A stretch of DNA of 55,960 bases from an uncultured Sulfurospirillum sp. (GCA_964384355.1 CAYLLC010000002.1:1-55960); one strand, 5' to 3'. Numbered from the stretch's first letter, positions 29,921 through 40,957 are shown. Translations and numbers: made by a program. The notes: a model not told the origin generated them from the sequence alone.

Positions 29921-29954
29921 AAAATTAGTAAAAAAATATCAAAGGTATTAAATC

Positions 29955-30791
29955 ATGACATCTAAACATCTTTCAGTTGTTTCACTGGTTTTGGTTACGG
30001 CATTGATGGCCGGTTGCAGCGGCAAACCCAAGCAGTATGTGCTTTTTAATGACAGTGCAAAATTGACCGGTTGCAGTGCCAATATAGATCGAAATCTGGC
30101 AAATGAGCAGTATGAATACAAAATCATGCCCAACAACAGGCTCTCTATTCTGATTTTTAACCATCCCGAGCTCAGTACCCGCGATGTGCGTGCACAGGTG
30201 GCACCGGCAGACGAGAGAGGTGCACTCGTGGCGCGTGACGGTACGGTCAGCCTGCCGCTGATCGGTGTCGTGCGCGTTGCAGGATTGACGGAGCGGGAGT
30301 GTGCGGATCTGCTGACCCGCGAGTATGCGAGATATCTCAAAAATTCCCATGTGACCGTCGAAGTGCTGAACAAGCGGGTGATTGTGCTGGGTGAAGTCAA
30401 GCAGCCGGGACAAGTCAATATCATAGAAGATACGACCAATGTTCTTGAAGCGCTCGGCCGCAGCGGGGGATTGACCGATTTTGCCAAACGCGATCAGGTC
30501 CTGATCATCCGCGGCACGGCTAAGCATCCGATCGTCAACAGAGTCAACCTGACCTCCGTCAGCGCACTGACAAGCGGGGCGATGAAGCTCTATCCGAACG
30601 ATGTCGTCTATGTCATGCCAAACGAGCTGAGACAACGCAATATGTCTATCGCACAGTCGGTACCCGGTATCGATCTGGCGGCCAAAATACTCGGTGTGCT
30701 CTATACGGGTAAATATCTGACCAATACCAGCCTGTTCAATGTCAATCACGGCGGAGATGCTGCCGTAGCACCACAAATACCAGTACAATAA
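29955..30791 (+). CDS. wza: Polysaccharide export outer-membrane lipoprotein (Wza-like)
   Basis: Signal peptide with lipobox-like LMAGC. The Poly_export-type core is ...Y.I.P.D.L.I........L... followed by an SLBB-like ...V.VLGEV..PG... segment. It is adjacent to wzc. Confidence 0.8.
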   Translation: MTSKHLSVVSLVLVTALMAGCSGKPKQYVLFNDSAKLTGCSANIDRNLANEQYEYKIMPNNRLSILIFNHPELSTRDVRAQVAPADERGALVARDGTVSLPLIGVVRVAGLTERECADLLTREYARYLKNSHVTVEVLNKRVIVLGEVKQPGQVNIIEDTTNVLEALGRSGGLTDFAKRDQVLIIRGTAKHPIVNRVNLTSVSALTSGAMKLYPNDVVYVMPNELRQRNMSIAQSVPGIDLAAKILGVLYTGKYLTNTSLFNVNHGGDAAVAPQIPVQ

Positions 30792-30809
30792 GGGAAGGGA
30801 TCATCAATC

Positions 30810-33152
30810 ATGGAAACAAAACAGAAGAAGCTATCTAAACTGGAAGATGCCGGTGATATCAAAAAGGTGCTTGCCATTTTCGGAAAGAATAAAGCACTGA
30901 GCCTTTTTATCATCTCGCTCTTTTTTGTAGGAGGGCTGTTTTACGCGTATTTCACACCGCCTGTCTATGAAACCTATGCGACGATAGAAGTGAGCAACGA
31001 CAATCTCGATCTGAGTCTGGACAATGTCGTGCGGGGCGGCAATATCGACAACGAATCGACCCTGATCGATACGGAAGTGCAGATTCTCAAGTCGCGCTCT
31101 CTGATCGAAGATGCCCTCAAAGATGTCGGCTTTCAGATCCGATACTTTACCTTCAATGCCTATAAAGAGATCGAACTCTATAAAGAGACGCCGATCGTCG
31201 TTTCGGAGCTGAAGGTCAAAAATCCTCTGGTGTACGGTACCAAATTCGTTGTCGAACCGATCAACGATCAGAAATTCAGAATCTATGTCGATCATGGCGG
31301 CCTGGTGACATCCGTGAAGAAATCGCTCGCTTCCCTGCTCGGCAAACATTCCAACGAGATCAACTATTCCGGTGAATTTGCGTTCGGTGAAAAGATCGAC
31401 AACAACTACTTTTCGCTGGTCATCCAGAAAAAGGGTGAATTGACCAATGCGAAGTATGCCTTTGTGATCCTGAACAAAGATCGTGCCGTCGATGAGGTAT
31501 CGAAAAATCTCAGCGTATTCCCGGTCTCTAAAAACGGCTCCGTGATCAAGCTGATCTATCAGGACAGTGTGGCTCAGAGAGCGAAAGATTTTCTGGATCA
31601 TCTGGTCGATAAATATCTCGAACAGAGCGTACGCAAAAAGACATCAAAAGCCTCTACGGCACTCGAGTTCGTAGACAAGCAGCTGCAGGAAGTGAGTAAA
31701 AAGCTTCAGGAGTCTGCCGTCAAACTGGAGAACTTCAAAGAGGAGAACAACCTTGTCGATATCAAGACCGAATCACAGGTGATTCTGACCAACCATAGTC
31801 AGGTCAAAAGAGAGCTTGAGAAGGTCAAGGTACAGGAGAGTGCATTCAATGCCCTCTACAATGAGTTCAAAACCGGCAACTACGGTGCCGTCTCTTCTCT
31901 GGCGAAAGATTATCCCGTACTCGCTTCCCTGCTCGACGATCTGCAGAAGGCCAAATCGAAAAAGATTCAGCTGCTGGCGAAATTCACGGAAGCGCATCCC
32001 GATGTGCAGAAAGTCAACGAAGAGATCGATGATATCCGTATGGCACTGGAGAGTGCGATCGAGAGTATCAGCGACTCTCTGAGCGAGAAGCGAAGATCTC
32101 TGGAAGATGCGCTCTACAACAACGAAACGACGCTGTTGAAATTCCCTGAAAAAGAGCGGGAATTGGCAGCGCTGCAGCGTAAATACAAAGTCAATGAGCA
32201 GACTTATGAGTTCCTGTTGCAGAAGCAGGCGGAGATGTCGATCAACAAAGCCTCCACCGTTTCCGGCAACAGAGTGCTCGACAGAGCGGTTCTGCCGACC
32301 AGACCGGTCAAGCCGAATGTACCGATGATTCTGCTGACGAGTCTGCTGCTGGGATTCCTGACGGCGATGATCGTGGCCTATCTGAGAGAGGTGCTCGATG
32401 ACAAGATCAAGACAAGAGAAGATATCGTCACCCATACCAGAATCCCGTTCTACGGCGTGGTACCGCAGGTCAAAGCGGCAGACAAGATGTTTACGATCGA
32501 AGATCAGCAATCGGTAGCGAGTGAAGCGCTGCGGCTGATCCGAACGAATCTGGAATTCATCCCTACCGAGAATAAGAGCAAAGTGATCGTCGTCACTTCC
32601 ACCGTACCCGGTGAAGGCAAGACGACGATCGCGACCAACCTCGCAGCTGTGTTTGGCATGAGTGACAAAAAGACGATCGTCCTCTCGCTGGATATGCGTC
32701 GTCCGATGCTGCACAGAGTCTTCGGACTGACCAACAAGATCGGTATGAGTACGGTCCTCTCCAAAAATAACACCCTTAAAGAGGTGATCTGGGAGCATAA
32801 AAAGATCAAAAATCTCGACATCATCACATCCGGACCGATTCCGCCGAATCCTTCCGAGCTGATGCAGTCGGGCAAAGTGGATAAAATCATCGAAGAGTTG
32901 CGTAAAGAGTATGACTATATCATTATCGATGCACCGCCGATGGGCATGGTGACGGATGCGCTTCTGCTGATGAAACTGGCAGATATTTCACTGATCGTCT
33001 TCAGATCGGAATATTCCGAAAAAGAGTATTTGAAATCACTCGAAGATATGGTACAATCGTATCAGATCAAAAATGTCGGTGTCGTACTCAATGCTGTGAA
33101 GCCCAAGAATATGGCGCAGAGCTTTTTCAAGTACAGCTACACATATAAATAG
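30810..33152 (+). CDS. wzc: Polysaccharide co-polymerase / BY-tyrosine autokinase (Wzc-like, PCP-2a)
   Basis: 780 aa with an N-terminal TM, a long coiled periplasmic region and a second TM (PMILLTSLLLGFLTAMIVAYL). The kinase domain has Walker A TSTVPGEGKTT, Walker B YIIIDAPP and a short C-terminal Tyr cluster KYSYTYK. Confidence 0.88.
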   Translation: METKQKKLSKLEDAGDIKKVLAIFGKNKALSLFIISLFFVGGLFYAYFTPPVYETYATIEVSNDNLDLSLDNVVRGGNIDNESTLIDTEVQILKSRSLIEDALKDVGFQIRYFTFNAYKEIELYKETPIVVSELKVKNPLVYGTKFVVEPINDQKFRIYVDHGGLVTSVKKSLASLLGKHSNEINYSGEFAFGEKIDNNYFSLVIQKKGELTNAKYAFVILNKDRAVDEVSKNLSVFPVSKNGSVIKLIYQDSVAQRAKDFLDHLVDKYLEQSVRKKTSKASTALEFVDKQLQEVSKKLQESAVKLENFKEENNLVDIKTESQVILTNHSQVKRELEKVKVQESAFNALYNEFKTGNYGAVSSLAKDYPVLASLLDDLQKAKSKKIQLLAKFTEAHPDVQKVNEEIDDIRMALESAIESISDSLSEKRRSLEDALYNNETTLLKFPEKERELAALQRKYKVNEQTYEFLLQKQAEMSINKASTVSGNRVLDRAVLPTRPVKPNVPMILLTSLLLGFLTAMIVAYLREVLDDKIKTREDIVTHTRIPFYGVVPQVKAADKMFTIEDQQSVASEALRLIRTNLEFIPTENKSKVIVVTSTVPGEGKTTIATNLAAVFGMSDKKTIVLSLDMRRPMLHRVFGLTNKIGMSTVLSKNNTLKEVIWEHKKIKNLDIITSGPIPPNPSELMQSGKVDKIIEELRKEYDYIIIDAPPMGMVTDALLLMKLADISLIVFRSEYSEKEYLKSLEDMVQSYQIKNVGVVLNAVKPKNMAQSFFKYSYTYK

Positions 33153-33179
33153 TCAGATCGTTTAGAAAAGGGAGGTCCG

Positions 33180-34307
33180 GTGGTTGCAACGATAGATATC
33201 ATTCTGACCTTCCTGATCTCACTCTTTCTGACCTATGCGATTACCAAACTCTCCTCTCGCATGGGGATGATCGATATTCCCAACGAACGCAGCGCCCATA
33301 TCAACCCGATACCCAGAGGTGCCGGTGTCGCGATTTTTGTCGCATTTTTTGCGGTACTGCTCTTTTGCTATACTCCGCTGGCGATGTCTTATAAAGGATT
33401 CATTCTGGGAGTCCTGCTGGTCTTTTTGACCGGTGTTTACGATGACAATCGCGGTGTAGAGCCGAAGGTCAAATTTGTCACGATTACACTGGCGACGCTG
33501 CTGCTCTTTTTTATAGACGGACTCAGAATCGATACGCTCGGAGTCTGGTTCGGGCATACGATCTCCCTGCCGATGATACTCTCTCTGATCGTTACGATCG
33601 TGGCGGTGGTAGGGTTTACCAATGCGTTGAATCTGATCGACGGCCTGGATGGATTGTCGGGTTCTGTCTCGATCGTGATTTTCGGGGCATTTGCCTATAT
33701 AGGCTTTGTGCATCACGATGCTTTTATCGCTACGGTCTCTATGCTCATGATTGCAGCGATCGTCGCATTTCTCTTTTTCAACTGGCACCCTGCCAAGGTA
33801 TTTATGGGTGACAGCGGCTCGCTGGTGCTGGGGTTTGTCATTTCGGTGGTAGCGATCAAGTCGATTGCCTATATCAGCATCACATCGGTCCTTTTTCTGA
33901 CGGCGATTCCGATTATCGATACGATTACCGTCATGGTGCGTCGAATACAAAGGGGTCTCTCTCCCTTCAATCCGGACAAGACCCACCTGCACCACAAGGT
34001 ATTGCGCTGGAAAGGCGGTGTGGACAATGCCGTCGTCATCATCGTATTGCTGCAGTTTGTCTTTTCGATTATGGGGCTGGCGCTGCGCAGGCAGCCGGAT
34101 GATCTGGTCTTTTTCATATTTCTCATTATTTTGTTGCTGGCTTTCGCTTTTCTGGATGAGCGGGCGGTAGCCAGAGAACGGACCCTCATCACAAAGATCA
34201 GAAAAGCAGGGATCAGGTTCATCAAAAAGCATCTGAACAAATATATCATGTTCGGTATCCTGATAGTGCTGATCGCAGTGGTTGTGATGCTCAAAATAGC
34301 CTCCTGA
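33180..34307 (+). CDS. wecA: Undecaprenyl-phosphate HexNAc-1-phosphate transferase (WecA/MraY GT4 family)
   Basis: YDDNRGV, NALNLIDGLDGL and FMGDSGSL motifs in a polytopic protein. GTG start with an AAAGGGAGG RBS. Confidence 0.85.
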   Translation: MVATIDIILTFLISLFLTYAITKLSSRMGMIDIPNERSAHINPIPRGAGVAIFVAFFAVLLFCYTPLAMSYKGFILGVLLVFLTGVYDDNRGVEPKVKFVTITLATLLLFFIDGLRIDTLGVWFGHTISLPMILSLIVTIVAVVGFTNALNLIDGLDGLSGSVSIVIFGAFAYIGFVHHDAFIATVSMLMIAAIVAFLFFNWHPAKVFMGDSGSLVLGFVISVVAIKSIAYISITSVLFLTAIPIIDTITVMVRRIQRGLSPFNPDKTHLHHKVLRWKGGVDNAVVIIVLLQFVFSIMGLALRRQPDDLVFFIFLIILLLAFAFLDERAVARERTLITKIRKAGIRFIKKHLNKYIMFGILIVLIAVVVMLKIAS

Positions 34308-34374
34308 AGGCGCGCTGTCCCACTCTTTACAAAAAATTTGTTATACTCATTATAGTTTAATTTAGGATGGATAG

Positions 34375-36476
<2,102 letters not shown>

Positions 36477-36490
36477 CGCCTCATAGCCGG

Positions 36491-36916
36491 ATGAAGACGA
36501 AGTTCTCCGAACTGCTGAAAGTGCGTAAGCAGAAACTCTCGGAGATCGAACGCGAGCTGGCCGACAAGCAGTCGCAGCGAACGGTTTTGCAGGAGCAGGT
36601 GGCGCAAATCTCGGGCAGAATCGCGGCATATACACTGCCGCAAAGCGGCTCCTACACTGCGATGCAGGTGGCACTGGGAAAGAAGGCGTATCTCTTCCGC
36701 GACAAAGAACATAAAGAAAATATGATAAAATACTTTGATCAAGAGATAAAAAATTTAAATATATTGTATAAAGAAGCGACTATCGCGTATGAGAAGATCA
36801 AACATCTGCATGAGCGGGAAGTGGCGGAGATAGTAGCGGAAAAATTGCGACAGGAAGCCAAAGAGATGGATGAGATCGCCGGCCAGCTCTTTTACCGTCA
36901 TCAAACCGGGCGCTGA
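36491..36916 (+). CDS. fliJ: FliJ-like flagellar export chaperone (coiled-coil protein)
   Basis: 141-aa coiled-coil protein beginning MKTKFSELLKVRKQKLSEIERELA. Its position just downstream of purA matches my recollection of the FliJ-like gene in Helicobacter and Campylobacter. Confidence 0.5.
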   Translation: MKTKFSELLKVRKQKLSEIERELADKQSQRTVLQEQVAQISGRIAAYTLPQSGSYTAMQVALGKKAYLFRDKEHKENMIKYFDQEIKNLNILYKEATIAYEKIKHLHEREVAEIVAEKLRQEAKEMDEIAGQLFYRHQTGR

Positions 36917-36926
36917 AAGGAAGAGA

Positions 36927-37460
36927 TTGAAGATTCTGTCTGTATGGCTACTGCTGGGCTTGACGACGCTGGTATCCGCGAAGGATCTGGTAGACTGCAA
37001 TGCCGTCTTCGAGCAGCGCAAGGGAGAGATCCTCAGAGAGCTCGACCGTCTCGATGAGGAGCAGCAGTCGTTCGAGCTCTACAAAGAGGCGCAACTCTCC
37101 CTGATCCGAAAAAAAGAGCAGAAACTGACTCAGAAGCTGGCCGAAGTCAATGCGACACTCCAGAAGGTGTCTCAGACCAAAAAAGAGATCGTAGCGCTCT
37201 ACGAAAAGAACAAAAAGATGCTCGAAGAGATCAAAAAAGCCAAAGATGACAAAATCACGGCATCCTACCTCAAGATGAAAGACTCCAAAGCGGCTGCGAT
37301 ACTCGATGCGATGACACGACCGCAGGCTGCAAAAATTCTCTTCAATCTGACACCGAAAAAGATCGCCAAAGTGATGGCTAAGATGGATCCAGATATCGCA
37401 TCGGCAGTGACGACGCTGCTGGAGCAGGGGCCGCCGTTTGACAGCAACCGAACCAAATAA
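36927..37460 (+). CDS. Secreted/periplasmic MgtE-N (MotE-like) domain protein
   Basis: The signal peptide (M)KILSVWLLLGLTTLVSA follows TTG 36927, which has an AAGGAAGA RBS. A coiled coil follows, then ...MKDSKAAAILDAMTRPQAAKILFNLTPKKIAKVMAKMDP (MgtE intracellular N-domain type). The ORF-track start at 36870 overlaps fliJ. Confidence 0.55.
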   Translation: MKILSVWLLLGLTTLVSAKDLVDCNAVFEQRKGEILRELDRLDEEQQSFELYKEAQLSLIRKKEQKLTQKLAEVNATLQKVSQTKKEIVALYEKNKKMLEEIKKAKDDKITASYLKMKDSKAAAILDAMTRPQAAKILFNLTPKKIAKVMAKMDPDIASAVTTLLEQGPPFDSNRTK

Positions 37461-37559
37461 TTCACAATTTACTAAAAATTTGCTACACTAAATATAGTAT
37501 TGCATTTTGTATCCGCAAAAAGCTTGAAGTATGAAATTTTACTACCCAAAGGCACTTTG

Positions 37560-38111
37560 ATGAAAATACGACTACCACATGCGCCTTATATTGCCAGAAA
37601 AATAGCACTCGATCTGTTGAATTCCGGTTATGTCACTTTCACGGAGGGTGTCGATATCGTCGCGCAGCAAGCGGAAGAGGTACTGACCGATGAGCTGAAG
37701 AAAGAGGCCGCTCTCGAAGAGCGCGTCAACGAGATTCTGGAAGAGAACGAAGATGAGATGGAGTTCATGCGCGTCGACAGACGCAACATGTTCTGGCTGG
37801 TCAAAAAGAAGATGGCCAGAGAGTACGATGTGATACTCTCCTACGAAGAGCGCTTCAACAAAGTGGCGCATGAGATTCTCGACCGGCTCTACGACGAAGA
37901 TCTGATCAACTACAGCGTGAGCGAAAATATCGTCAAAAACGTCATCTACACCTCTATCGAGAACTACATCGAGAGTTTCGAGGAGATCGAGGATACGGTG
38001 ATCGAAAAGATCGAAAAGATGCAGCGCAAACTGATCCCGGGTACGGACGACTACAATGTCGTATTCGAGAGACTCTATCGCGAAGAACTGCGCAAAAAAG
38101 GGATGATGTGA
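37560..38111 (+). CDS. DUF507 family protein
   Basis: MKIRLPHAPYIARKIALDLLNSGYVTF... is the DUF507-type N-terminus; the rest is acidic and helical. ATG 37560 is preferred to the TTG at 37500. Confidence 0.6.
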   Translation: MKIRLPHAPYIARKIALDLLNSGYVTFTEGVDIVAQQAEEVLTDELKKEAALEERVNEILEENEDEMEFMRVDRRNMFWLVKKKMAREYDVILSYEERFNKVAHEILDRLYDEDLINYSVSENIVKNVIYTSIENYIESFEEIEDTVIEKIEKMQRKLIPGTDDYNVVFERLYREELRKKGMM

Positions 38112-39241
38112 TGCGACGACTTTGCGATATATGGCTCTATCTGGAGGATGGTACTTTTCTGCAGGCGAAGAGTTTTGGCGCCGGAGGGACCCGTACCGGT
38201 GAAATCGTATTCAACACTTCGATGAGCGGCTATCAGGAGATCATGAGCGATCCCAGCTATGCGGGACAGTTCGTGGTCTTTACGATGCCCGAGATCGGCA
38301 ATGTCGGCTGCAACGACGACGACATGGAGAGTGCGGAGGTCTACAGCAGCGGTGCGATCGTGCGAAACTATCAGGAGCGGTTCTCCAGTTTTCGCGGCGA
38401 GCGCAGCCTGGGTGCGTTTCTGCAGGCGCATGATGCGCTGGGAATCACCGATATCGATACCCGATTCCTGACCAAAAAGATCCGCCGGGGCGGTCCGCAG
38501 ATGATGATCGCTTCGACCGAGGTATCGGATCCCGAGCAGTTGAAAAAGATGCTGGAGGCGGCACCGCGCATCGAAGAGGTCAACTATATCAGGGAAGTGA
38601 GCACGCGAGAGGTCTACACGCACGAGCGCGGCAGCTGGGATCCGCTGCAGCAGCGCTATCGTGAGCCGATCAGTCTGGGCAAAAAGATCGTCGTGATCGA
38701 TTTCGGGGTCAAGCGCAATATCCTCAACGAGCTGCGCCAGACCGGCCTCGCGGTAGAGGTGATACCGCATGATTTCGATGCAGAGGCTCTGATCGCGCGC
38801 TACCTCGATCGGGAGATCGACGGTGTCTTTCTCTCCAACGGGCCGGGAGATCCGCTGATCCTGACCGAGGAGGTCGCCAAAATCGAGAAGCTGATCGCGG
38901 CCAAAGTGCCGATGTTTGCGATCTGTCTGGGGCACCAGCTCCTCTCGATCGCCCACGGGCACAGGACCTACAAGCTCAAATTCGGGCAGCATGGCGGCAA
39001 CCATCCCGTCGCCAACAGCGCCACCGGCAGAGTGGAGATCACGGCGCAGAATCACAACTACAATGTCCCCGATTCGATCTGCGATATCGCGAAGGTGACG
39101 CATATCAATCTCTTCGACAAGACGATCGAAGGGGTACGCTACAACGACGAGCCGATCTTCTCGGTGCAGCACCATCCCGAAGCGAGTCCGGGACCGCACG
39201 ACAGCAAGTACATCTTCGAACAGTTCGCACAGATGCTTTGA
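38111..39241 (+). CDS. carA: Carbamoyl-phosphate synthase small (glutaminase) subunit
   Basis: ...LEDGT.F....FGA...GE.VFNT.M.GYQE...DPSY.GQ... and the GATase triad region ...PMFAICLGHQLL... ATG 38111 overlaps the DUF507 stop; GTG 38108 is also possible. Confidence 0.95.
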   Translation: MRRLCDIWLYLEDGTFLQAKSFGAGGTRTGEIVFNTSMSGYQEIMSDPSYAGQFVVFTMPEIGNVGCNDDDMESAEVYSSGAIVRNYQERFSSFRGERSLGAFLQAHDALGITDIDTRFLTKKIRRGGPQMMIASTEVSDPEQLKKMLEAAPRIEEVNYIREVSTREVYTHERGSWDPLQQRYREPISLGKKIVVIDFGVKRNILNELRQTGLAVEVIPHDFDAEALIARYLDREIDGVFLSNGPGDPLILTEEVAKIEKLIAAKVPMFAICLGHQLLSIAHGHRTYKLKFGQHGGNHPVANSATGRVEITAQNHNYNVPDSICDIAKVTHINLFDKTIEGVRYNDEPIFSVQHHPEASPGPHDSKYIFEQFAQML

Positions 39242-39255
39242 TCAGGGTGTCGGGA

Positions 39256-40071
39256 CTACGGCTTCTTTTTGAGGGTCAGTAGTGTCGATCCCAGCATCGA
39301 GAGCATGACATACCCGGCGAAGAAGTAGAGTCCGACTTCGACTTTGAGAGAGGTGTGGATATCCTGTCTGGTAGAGAAGAGTACGACCAGCAGCGCCACG
39401 ATAAAGACATCCGCCATAGACCACTTTCCTATCTTTTCGATCCATACGACACTTCGTTTTGCGATACCGCTCTCTTTGAAAAATCCGTATCCGATCAGTA
39501 TCAGTGCCTTCAGCAGCGGTATCATGACGCTGAAGAGCAGTACCAGCAGCGCGATCAGATAGTTGTGTTGCGTAAAAAGTTTGGTGATGGTGGTGTAGAT
39601 GCTTTTGCTCTCGTAGGAGAGGGTCACTTCGCCGATGATCGGAAATGTCTTGTAGACCGTCATGATAACGAGCGGTGCGAAGAGCGCGGTCGCGAGGCTG
39701 ATCAGTGCCGCCGTGCCGGTGAAGAGGATCAACAGCTCGAAATCGATCAGATAGAAGAGCAGGAGAAAGATCGCCGTCGCCGCATAAAAGTAGTAGAGGT
39801 AGAGGATACTGTTGCGGTGTGCATGCGTCGCCTCGCGCTCCATCGCTTCGATATCGCTTTTGTGCTGTGAATAGTTGTCGTAGAGCCCTGCCGAGAGCGA
39901 TTCGAGCACTCTGTCGATATTACGCTGTATCGATGCGGAGGTGTCCCGCATGCCGGAGATCTGCTGTGTGATCCGGACGGCGTGCCGCTCCTGGGTATAG
40001 GCATGAAATCCGAGGTAGAGCAATAACAGCGTGATGAGTGCAAAGAGGAGATATCTGGCGTAAGCATGCAA
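39256..40071 (-). CDS. PqiA-family (paraquat-inducible protein A-like) integral membrane protein, single-module, Cys-free
   Basis: The C-terminal part ...IEKIGKWSMADVFIVALLVVLFS...GLYFFAGYVMLSM is PqiA-like. The ORF-track start at 40419 lies inside rpsI, and no in-frame ATG follows the rpsI stop until residue ~43 of this model. TTG 40071 is my best guess for the start, so the start is uncertain. Confidence 0.6.
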   Translation of the reverse strand: MHAYARYLLFALITLLLLYLGFHAYTQERHAVRITQQISGMRDTSASIQRNIDRVLESLSAGLYDNYSQHKSDIEAMEREATHAHRNSILYLYYFYAATAIFLLLFYLIDFELLILFTGTAALISLATALFAPLVIMTVYKTFPIIGEVTLSYESKSIYTTITKLFTQHNYLIALLVLLFSVMIPLLKALILIGYGFFKESGIAKRSVVWIEKIGKWSMADVFIVALLVVLFSTRQDIHTSLKVEVGLYFFAGYVMLSMLGSTLLTLKKKP

Positions 40072-40133
40072 AAGCGAGCCTTTGGGAGTGTGTCCGGCCG
40101 GGGCGATACCCGGACGGAGTCTGGAGAAGTTTT

Positions 40134-40523
40134 CTATCTTTTTGAGAACTGCGGGCTTCTTCTCGCTTTTTTCTTTCCGTATTTCTTTCTCTCGACGACT
40201 CTGGAGTCTCTCGTGAGCATGCCCTGAGGCTTGAGAATTGCGCGGAACTCCGCATCGTAGAGTACGAGTGCTTTGGAGATACCGTGTCTGACGGCATCCG
40301 CCTGTGCAGATACGCCGCCGCCCTGCGTAGAAGCGATGATATCTACCGATTGCTCCTGCTTGGTCAGGTTCAGCGGCTGCATGACTCTCTTTTTGAGCAG
40401 GTCGAGCCCGCCGAGCCACTCATCGAGGCTCTGACCGTTGATAGCCATCTTCCCGGAACCGGGCTTGAGCCAGACTTTCGCGATCGCAGTTTTTCTTTTT
40501 CCAGTTGCATAGACTTTAGACAT
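40134..40523 (-). CDS. rpsI: 30S ribosomal protein S9
   Basis: ...[24 protein letters not shown]........[15 protein letters not shown]....RKKYG.KKARR..QFSKR is S9. Confidence 0.97.
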   Translation of the reverse strand: MSKVYATGKRKTAIAKVWLKPGSGKMAINGQSLDEWLGGLDLLKKRVMQPLNLTKQEQSVDIIASTQGGGVSAQADAVRHGISKALVLYDAEFRAILKPQGMLTRDSRVVERKKYGKKKARRSPQFSKR

Positions 40524-40957
40524 TATTTTGTACCTTTAGATTTACTTACTTGTGCTGTGTGAGGGTGTTCACTGCCTGCATAGACTTTGAGTTTTTTGAG
40601 CATCTCTTTGCCGAGATTGGTTTTGGGGAGCATACCTCTGGTGCCGAGTTTGAAGAGCTTGGCAGGGTTGTTTTCGAGGAGTTCGCCGAATTTGTCACTC
40701 TTGACACCGCCGAAATAGCCTGTGTGTCTGTGATACATCTTGGTATCCATTTTGGTACCGCTGACCTCTACTTTGTCGGCGTTGATGACGACGACATAGT
40801 CACCGCAGTCGACATTGGGCGTATAGTATGGCTTATGTTTGCCGCGCAGCAGGGTCGCTATTTCGGTGAGAAGACGACCGAATTTTTTACCGCTCGCGTC
40901 GATAACAATCCAATCTCTTTCCACTTCGTTGGCTTTTATCATTTTTGTTGTTTTCAC
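40523..40957 (-). CDS. rplM: 50S ribosomal protein L13
   Basis: ...[52 protein letters not shown] is L13. GTG 40957 has an AAGAAGG RBS at 7 nt; ATG 40963 (the ORF-track start) is too close to that RBS. Confidence 0.95.
   Translation of the reverse strand: MKTTKMIKANEVERDWIVIDASGKKFGRLLTEIATLLRGKHKPYYTPNVDCGDYVVVINADKVEVSGTKMDTKMYHRHTGYFGGVKSDKFGELLENNPAKLFKLGTRGMLPKTNLGKEMLKKLKVYAGSEHPHTAQVSKSKGTK

Noticed and set aside
39242-39255. Convergent carA / PqiA-like gene ends only 14 nt apart with no terminator hairpin
   Set aside because: This is true in the sequence, but such tight convergent junctions occur elsewhere in this compact window (mrcA/OMP overlap by 4 nt). On its own it carries no functional implication.
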